Positions 16,701 to 25,700 of a stretch of DNA of 64,000 bases are shown in pieces. The position numbers and the translations under genes are program-made. The stretch lies in contig JBBRBM010000003.1 of NCBI GenBank assembly GCA_038205745.1, positions 3,879 through 67,878 on the forward strand. Direction: 5' to 3'. Positions within the stretch are counted from its first letter, which is position 1, and each line of letters begins with the position of its first letter. Below the pieces are notes generated by a model. That model saw only the letters and a program-made list of their open reading frames with translations, searched no databases and was not told the DNA's origin. Origin of the DNA: Verrucomicrobiota bacterium (GTDB lineage: Bacteria; Verrucomicrobiota; Verrucomicrobiia; Limisphaerales; SIBH01).

Positions 16701-19700
16701 GGATTCGAGAGCAGGAGTTGAACAGTCTCGTTACCTTCGATCAGCGAGTCGTTGAAAATCGGAATCTGAACCGAGCGCACCGTTTGGCCGGCCGCAAAAT
16801 TCACCACAGTATTTACTGAGGTGTAATCAACGCCTGGCGTGGCCGTGCCGCCGCTGGTTTGGAACGTGACGCTCACGTTACCCACGTTGCCGTTGGTGCG
16901 CAGGATGGTGATCGTGGCGAACGTGCCGGACTCGGTGACGGTGTACACCGGCTGCGAGAATGTAAACTGGCCGGGCGCATCGTTGTCATTGATCGTCAAC
17001 GTCGCATTGCCGCCGCCAATGGTCGCGCCGCCGCTGGGGCCAAAGAGCACGAGCGGAACCGTCTCGTTGCCTTCGACGTTCGAATCGTCAATCAGGCGCA
17101 CCGTGAACGAGGCGTTCGTCTGGCCGTCCGCAAACGTCAGCGTGCCGTTCGTCGGGAAATAATCCACACCGGACGTCGCAATGCCGCCAGTCGTGGTGCC
17201 AAAGCCGACCGAAGCCACGCCGCTGTGACCGTTGGTGCGATACACATCGATCACGATGAATCCGCCATCTTCGCTGATCGAGTAACTGTTGGTGCTGAAC
17301 ACAAACACGCCGCCGCCGAAATCATTTTCGATGATGGTCAGCAACGCGTTCGTGCGTCCCGGCACCGCCGGTCCAACGATGTTGAAGAGCACGAGCGGAA
17401 CCGTCTCGTTGAACTCGGCATTCAAGTCGTCGGTGATCGGAACGTCGAATGTGAGCGTGCGCACTCCCGGATTGAACACGAGCGTGGCGTTGCGAACGGT
17501 GAAGTCCACGCCGCCGGTCGCAGTGCCGTTGGTGAGCGTCACGTAATCCACCGTCACACGCTCGCTCGCACCGCCGGTGCGCACCACCGTGATGCGGGCT
17601 GAACCGCCATTCTCAGTCACCGTGTAAGAATCCGCGGTGAAGCCGATCGTACTTTCGTTCTCGACGATCGTGACGAAGGCGATCTGGTTCGAGCCCAGCG
17701 ATGGACCGCCAAATGGATTCGAGAGCGTTACCGTGAAGAACCGATCCGGGTTGGGCACGGTGTTGTCCACAATCGGCACCGTGATGAGTTTCACGTTTTC
17801 CGCCTGCACAAAGTTCAGCGTGCCGCTCGACGCGATGTAGTGCGCCGGAGAAGTCGCGGTGCCGTTCGCCATGGTGTATTCGACCGAGGCCGAGCCAATC
17901 GTCGAACCCGTGCGCACGACGGCCAGAGTCACGCTGTTGCTGTTCTCGCTGACGAAGTAGTTCGTGATCCCGAACTGGAACGCGCCATTGCCGGCAGTGT
18001 CGCCGCCCAGAAGCCGCGCAATGCCGACGCGCACCTGGTCGTTGAAGACCGTGAAGGCGCCGCCCACCATGATGCTGTTGTCACTCTGCAAGGAAATGGT
18101 GGCGATGATGTCGTTCGCGCCCGTGCCGAAGTTAATCACTGGATCGAGCTGTCCATCGATTAGCAAACGGAAGATGCGATTGCGCAACTGGCCGTTGAAG
18201 ACCGTGAAGTTGCCGCCGACGAGAATCTTTCCGTCCGGCTGCACTTTGATGGTGTTCACGGTGTCGTTCGCGCCCGTGCCGCCGGTATTAAAGCTGGAGT
18301 CAAACGAGCCGTCCGAATTTAACCGACCGAGATACGGGGCACCGTTGCCATTCAACTGCGTGAACGCTCCACCGATCAGAATCTGGCCGCCCGGCGTCAG
18401 CGCGATGGCATTCACCACCGCGTTCGGGCCGCTGCCGGCGTTGAATGTCGTGTCGAGCGTGCCGTTCGCGTTGAGCCGCGCGATGCGGTTCTGCGGGATG
18501 CCGTTGACGGCCGTGAACTGTCCGCCGATCAACACGAGACCATCCGGTTGCAGGGCAATGGCATGCACCGGGCCGTTCGCGCTGCTCACGAAGGTGGTGT
18601 CCACCGTGCCGTTCGTCTGCACGCGACCGATGAAGGAACGCGGCGAGCCGTAGATCGCAGTGAAATTTCCGCCCACGACCGTCTTGCCGTCCGGCTGCAA
18701 CGCCAGCGCCAGCACGGCGTTGTCGAGTCCCACTCCAAAGTTGAAGCCCGGATCAACGGTGCCGTCCGTGTTCACCCGCGCGAGGAAGTTGCGCTGGACG
18801 AAATTATACGAAGTGAAGAAGCCGCCGATGATCGCCATGCCGTCCGGCTGGATCGCAATCGCGCGCACCGTGTCGTTCGGGCCCACGCCATTGGTGAAGG
18901 TCGTGTCGAGCGTGCCGTTGGTGTTCAAGCGGCCGAGGTGATTGATCCCTTCCACGCCGACCAACGCCGTGAAGTCGCCGCCCGCGAGGACTTTTCCAAG
19001 CACACCGTTCGTCGCGACGTTGTAGGTGTCGATCGCATAAACCGTATGGCTTGGCATCGCGCCTGGATCGAACATGCGTTCCACGCCGCCGTTGAAATCC
19101 AGCAACGCCACGCGATGACGCGGCACGCCGTTGATGTGCAGGAAGTCGCCACCCACCGCAATGCGATCCGTCGGCAACGGCTGCAGCACCGGCGAGGAAA
19201 ATATCTGGACGTTGTCCAGCGTCGCTGCACCGCCCGTCAGTTGAATGCGAACCCATTGCACATCACTGAAGGTCGAATCGAAGATCGCGAAGCCGCTTTG
19301 GGTCACAACCCTTTGTCCACCGGAGGAAGACGTGATGATGACGGGGCTGGAGAGACGGACGAACTGCATCGAGAAGAGCGAGAACGGACGACCGCTGACA
19401 TTCAACTCCATGAAGCCTCCGTCGGCGATGCGCAACTCGGCCGCCGTGCCGCCGAAGAACGTGGTGTTGCTCACCGCGTAAAACACGCCGCCCGTCGGGC
19501 CGAAGAACGAAACGCAATTCGTATTGAGGCTGGCAATGCTCGCGAGGTTCGTGTTCGAGAACGATTCAAAATCAAGCGCCACGAATCCCGGCGGCGAGCA
19601 AACCGTCGGCACCGGCAACGCGAAGGTCGCCACTGAGTTCACCTGACCGTCCGCGCCCGAACCGATGGCGAAGAACGTATCGATGGAGCCATCGGGATTG

Positions 19701-22700
19701 AGCCGTGCGATGCGGTTGACCGCGTTGCCCGACGCACCGGTGAACGCGCCGACCACAAGGATGCGTCCGTCCGACTGCACCGCGACCGAGCGAACATCGC
19801 CGCCCGTGAGCCCGGCGCCCGTATTGAAACTCAAGTCAACGCCGCCGTTCGGATTCAGCCGGATGAGCCGCGCGCGGGCAACGCCATCAAACGTCAGGAA
19901 CGACCCGCCGAGGATAATCTTGCCGTCCGCCTGAATCGCGATGCTGCGCACGGTGTCATCCGCGCCACTTGGGACAAAGAAGAACGGATCAAACGATCCG
20001 TCTGCATTCAGACGCGCCACACGAGGCGCGGCGAATCCATTTACGGTGGAGAAGTCGCCCGCGATGATGATCTGACCATTTGGCTGCACCGCCACCGCAC
20101 GAACGGAACCATTGGCGCCAATCGTGGTATTGAAGGTCGCGTCGTAGCTGCCGTCGTTATTCAGCCGAGCGATCCGTCGCGCCTGACGTCCGTCAAAGGT
20201 TGTGAAATCACCCGCCACAATGGTGTGGAACGCGTACGGCGTGACCGCGCGCACAGTTCCATTTGCACCCGTGCCGATTTGAAACAACGGATCCACCGAG
20301 CCGTTGTCATTGAGTCGCGCGACGCGGCTGAAGTTCGTGCCGCTCACGTTCGTAAACGCACCGCCGAGATAAATCCTCGAACCGAGCACGAACGAACTGT
20401 TGGACGTGACGATCGTGTAAGTGTTGTTCGTCAGCACCGAAGTGGTGATCACCACGACAATATTCGTTCCCGAGATAAAGCTGTTGGTGACGCTGTTCGT
20501 GATTGGCCCATTGTTCACGACGAGGTTGGTGAAATTAACCACGGTGTTCGTGCCGATGATCACATTGGTCACTGCCGACACCCCGAATACCGTGTCATTG
20601 GCGCCGCTGCCGATCTGGAAGCTGAAGTCCACCGCGCCGTTCGTGGTGAAGCGCGCGAAGCGATTCGCCGCAAGGCCCCAAACTTGGGTGAACTCGCCAC
20701 CGGCGATCAACCGCTGCTGCGCGTCAAAGGCAACGGAATGGACCGGCGCATTCGCACCGATGTTGTCAGCGAATGTGGGATCGACATTGCCTGAAACGGC
20801 GATCACGCGGTCCGAGATGATCAGCGCCGCGTTGGCCAGCGCCAACACGACCGATGTGTTCGTCGAGCGCACGTTGCTCAAACTGAGCAGGACGGTTTCG
20901 TCACCTTCGCTCAGGAGGTCGTTGAAGACCGGAATGGTGAACGTTGCCGAAGACACGTTGTCGAGCAGGGTGACGGTGCCGTTCGTGAATCCGTAATCGA
21001 AGCCCGCGGTCGCGCTGCCATTGGCGACGGAGAAGTCAACTTCCACCACGCCGCGGCGATTGTTCGTGCGTGTGACCGTGATGGTGGCGAACACGTCGGC
21101 TTCGTTGACGAAGAACAGGTTCATCGCGAATCCGACGTAGCTGGTGCTGAACTCGTCATCAGCAATCGTCATGATCGCGCTGCCTTGACCTGGCACAATA
21201 GTCGTGCCGGCCGATGGCTGTGAAAGCGTGAGGATGATCGTCTCGTCCGGCTCAGTGATCGCGTCATTCACGATCGGGAACAGAACGTTCTTCGCCGTTT
21301 CTCCTTCGCCGAAAGTCACCAACGTGTTGGTGCCGAAATAATCCGAGCCGTTCACCGCCGTGCCATTGCTGGTCGTAAACCGCACTTGAGCCGAGCCGGA
21401 GCTTCCGTTGGTGCGCAGGATCGTGGCGACCGCGAAGCCGGCAAATTCATCCACGACAAAGCTGTTGGTGGCGAACAGAAACCGGCCAGGTCCGGAATCA
21501 TTATCGTTGATCGTGACCACGGCGCTTGCGAGTCCAAGCGCTGTCACACCGCTCGGATTTGAGAGCAGCACGTTGAACGTCTCGCTGCCTTCGATCAGCG
21601 CGTCATCAAAAATGTGGACGTTGAAGTTCTTCGTCAATTCTCCGGGCAGGAAAGTCACGATGGCGTTCGTCGGAGCATAGTCAAAGTTGGCGGTGGCACT
21701 GCCATCCACCGACGTTATGGTGACACTCACTGTCGTGTTCGTGCCACCCCGGCGAACGAGACTCACCGTCGCATTGCCGCTCACACTCGCTTCGCCAACC
21801 GTGAAGGTGGGCGCTGTGAAACCCACCGTGCTCTCGTCATCGAGAATCACCAGCGTGGTGAAGGGCGATGGTCCCTGCGCTGCCCCGACAAAATTACTCA
21901 GGATCAACTGCAGGTAACGGTCACCATCCGGTATCGAGTTGGAGACGATCGAAACCGTGAACACCTGCCGCGTTTCGCCCTCCGCGAATGTCAGCGTGCC
22001 TGAGGTCGCGAGGTAGTCCACACCGGCGACCGCGGTTCCATTGGTGGTCGAATGAAAGTCCACCGACACGCTGCCGCCCGTGCCGCCGATGCGCCGGACC
22101 GAGATGACAGCATTGGTCGTGCTCTCACTTACCGTGAAGAGCGGCGAGCTGAACTCAAGTGAGCCAGCGCCCGCGATCGCCCCGCCATAAATCCGAGCGA
22201 TGTAGTGCCGCGCCTTGTCATCATACCTCGTGAATCCGCCACCGATCACGATCCGGCGGTCCGGCTGGATGACCAGTGCCGCCACGAAGCCGTTGGCGCC
22301 GTTGCCGAAGTTGATCGTCGGATCGGTGCTGCCGTCCTCGTCGTACAGCCGCGTGATGCCGTTGCGGGTGACGCCATTGAAGACGTGGAAATCGCCGGTC
22401 ACGAGGATGCGCCCGTCAATCTGTTGCTGGAGCGCATACACCGTGTTGTCCGCGCCCATCAACGGTTCGTCCACAAAGCCTCCGTCAAGTATGCCGTTCC
22501 CGTCCACACGCGCGAGGTAGCGCCGCTCCGTGCCGTTCACCCTCGTGAAGGATCCGCCAATGACAACCCGACCGTCCGGCTCCACAAGGATCGCGCGAAC
22601 CGCCCCGTTGACCACCAGTGATGGATTAAATGTTGTGTCCAGCGTGCCGTTCCCGTTCAGGCGCAGGATGTTCGTGCGCGCAGAATTGTTGAAGGAGGTG

Positions 22701-25700
22701 AAATCGCCGCCGACGATCACCTTGCCGTCGTTTTGCAGCGCCACTGCGTAAACCGCGCCGATGAATCCCGAGCCAATGTTGAATGAGCCGTCCACCGTGC
22801 CATTCGTGTTCAGACGCACAAGACCTGGCCGCGTAATACCATTGAACGTCACGAACGAACCGCCGACGAGAAGCTTGCCATTGCCTTGCAGTGCCAATGT
22901 GAAGACGGGATTGTCCGCGCCAGAGCCAGGATTGAACGACGCGTCGAGCGTGCCATCCGTCGAGAGGCGTGCGACACCGTTGCGGTTGGTGCCGTTGATG
23001 GTCGTGAACAACCCACCGATCAAGAGCTTCCCGTCGCTCCCGATGGCGAGCGCGCGGATCGAGCCATTGGCGCCCGGGCCGATGTCGAAGGTGTTGTCGA
23101 GCAGGCCGTTCGGCTTCAGGCGGGCGAGGCGGTTGCGCGGCACGCTGCTGACCTGCGTGAAATCACCCGCCATGATGATTCGTCCGTCCTGCTGTTGCAC
23201 CAGCGCGTAAACCGCTGCATTCGCATTGGCATTGGTGCTGAACGTCGTGTCGAGCTCACCGGCCGGAAGGCTGATCGATTCGTTGTCCACGATCGTGAGG
23301 ACCACGTTGGTAATGGCACCAAGCCCGCCGCCAGTTGGATTCGACAACGTGAGTTGCACCGTCTTATCGCCATCGGGCACTGAGTCGTCGATCACCGGAA
23401 CCGCGAAGGTCTTGCTGAATTCGCCCGGCCCAAAGGTCAACGTGCCGGTCACGTCGCTGTAGTCAGTGCCAGGTGTGGCGACGATCGGCGTGGATTGATA
23501 ATTGACTGTGACCGTTCCAGCGCTGCCGCCGCTGCGCACCACGGTAATGGTGGGGGACGAACCATTTTCATCCACCTCGTAGAACAACTGGCTGAACGAG
23601 AGATTGCCGAAGGCATCGCCATCGGTGATCCACAATGTGGCGTTGGTTCGCGAACCGAGCGAGCCGACGACCGACGGGTTGGACAAACGCAGCAGAATGG
23701 ATTCAGGATTTTCGACGACGCCGTCCGGCAGCAAGGGAATCGTGAAGGTCTTCGCGGAGCTGTCTCCATCCGTCCACACCAGCATCCCGCTCACCGGCGT
23801 GTAATCGACGTTCGGCGTGGCTGTGCCGCCGGAAATCGTCTGATATTGAACCGTCATCGCGAATTTGTTGCCGCCCGAGCGAGTGACGGTCACCGTCCCG
23901 AAGGCTTCGTTTTCGTTGTTCGTGTAGTTCGAGATGCTGAACTGCAGCCGGCCCTGGAGGAAATCGTTGTCAACGATTGTCAGCGTGTTGGTGACCACCG
24001 ACGTCGCGAGGCCGGCGGGCAACTTCGCGCCACCGGTCGCGTTCGTGAGCACGAGGATTACCGTTTCGTCAAACTCCACGTCAGGATTATCCAAGATCGG
24101 AATGGAGAACGTTTTGTTTGTCTCGCCCGAGGCAAATCGCAACTGGCCGCGCGTCGTCGTGTAATCCGAACCGGCCGTCGCCGATCCATCGCGCGTGAGA
24201 TAGTCCACGGTCACCGCTCCGGAGGAACCGTTGGTGCGAATAACCGAGATGATCGCCAGTCCCGCGTCCTCATTCGTCATGTACGACACGGCACCGAAGT
24301 TGAAGATGCCCTTGTTGAATTCGTTGTCAGCAATGGTTGCCGAACCGAAGTCCGTATGACCGATGGCGGTGCCGAGCGGAATGTATTCCCCGCCGAGTGT
24401 GATGCTGCCAAAAGCATTGGTGATCGCCAAACCAAAGGTCTCGTCACCTTCCGCAAGCAGGTCATCCAAAAGAGGGACATCGAAATACAGCGGCAGGGCG
24501 TAGCCGACACTGCGGGGCGAAAATGGCCGCTGCAGGACGGCATTGATCGTCGGCGTCCACTCTTCCCAAATCTGTGTGCTCGTCGAACTGCTGAAGTCCA
24601 CGGGGAATAGTGCCGTGTTGTTCGTCGTAAAAGGCACTGCCACAGCAGTTCCCAGCCGGCCATCGACGCGCCGCAATGTGACCGTAACCGATCCATTGTT
24701 CTCGTTGGCACTGAACGACGAATTGGGGTCGTATTCGACGTTACCCGGCCCCGGCGTGTAGTCGCCGATGATGCGCGCGACATTCAAGCGCGCGGTTTTG
24801 TCCTGCCGTGTGAACGGAGCAAATAGATGCGCGCCGCTGTTGTGACCGTTCGTGCGTCCATTGACAGGCTGGTAATCAAATCCCAACAGCGTAAAAAAGC
24901 CGGTTGTATTTGTGACGCTTACGGCCGTGGTGGTCTGGTTCGTGGTGTTGAAATGCACCGATAAATTGCCGCCAACATTCGTAAACGAACCACCCACCAT
25001 GAGGTTGCCATCCGACTGAAGGGCGATCGAGTTCACGAACGAGGGATTGTCGAAGCTGAACGTCTTCGGGAATCCGGCGAACTGATTATACGCCGTGTCC
25101 ATGAAACTGGTATCTAGCACACCGCTCGTGTGGATTCGAGCCATGCCCATGCGCCGGGTGTTGTTGTAACTCGTGAACGGTCCTCCGATCAGCGCCTTCC
25201 CATCCGGCTGCAATGTAATGGCGTAAACCGAACCCTCCACGCCCACGCCCACATTGTAGCTCAGGTCCAGCGTGCCGTCCGTGTTCACCCGCGCGATCGA
25301 ACGGCGCACCGAAGTATGAAACGTGTCGAACGAGCCGCCCACGATGACTTTGCCATCCGCTTGAATCGCCAACGCGTAAACAGTCTGGTTCGCGCCGAGA
25401 CCGGCGTTGAAACTTGGATCGACATCGCCGAGGTCAGTCAGCCGCGCCACGCGGTTGGCCTCTGTGCCATTGAACGTGGTGAACTCGCCTGCAATGTAAA
25501 TCGAGCGTTCCCCTAGCGCTGTTTCACTCACGATGATCGCCCAAATTGCGCCGTTCGCGCCTACGCCTGGATTAAATGTCGCATCCAGCGAACCATCGGG
25601 ATTCAACCGCATGATTCCGTTCACGTTCAGGTCGTTGAAGGTCTCGAAATCGCCCGCCACGATGATCTTTCCATCATTCTGAAGGGCGACGGCGTAAACG

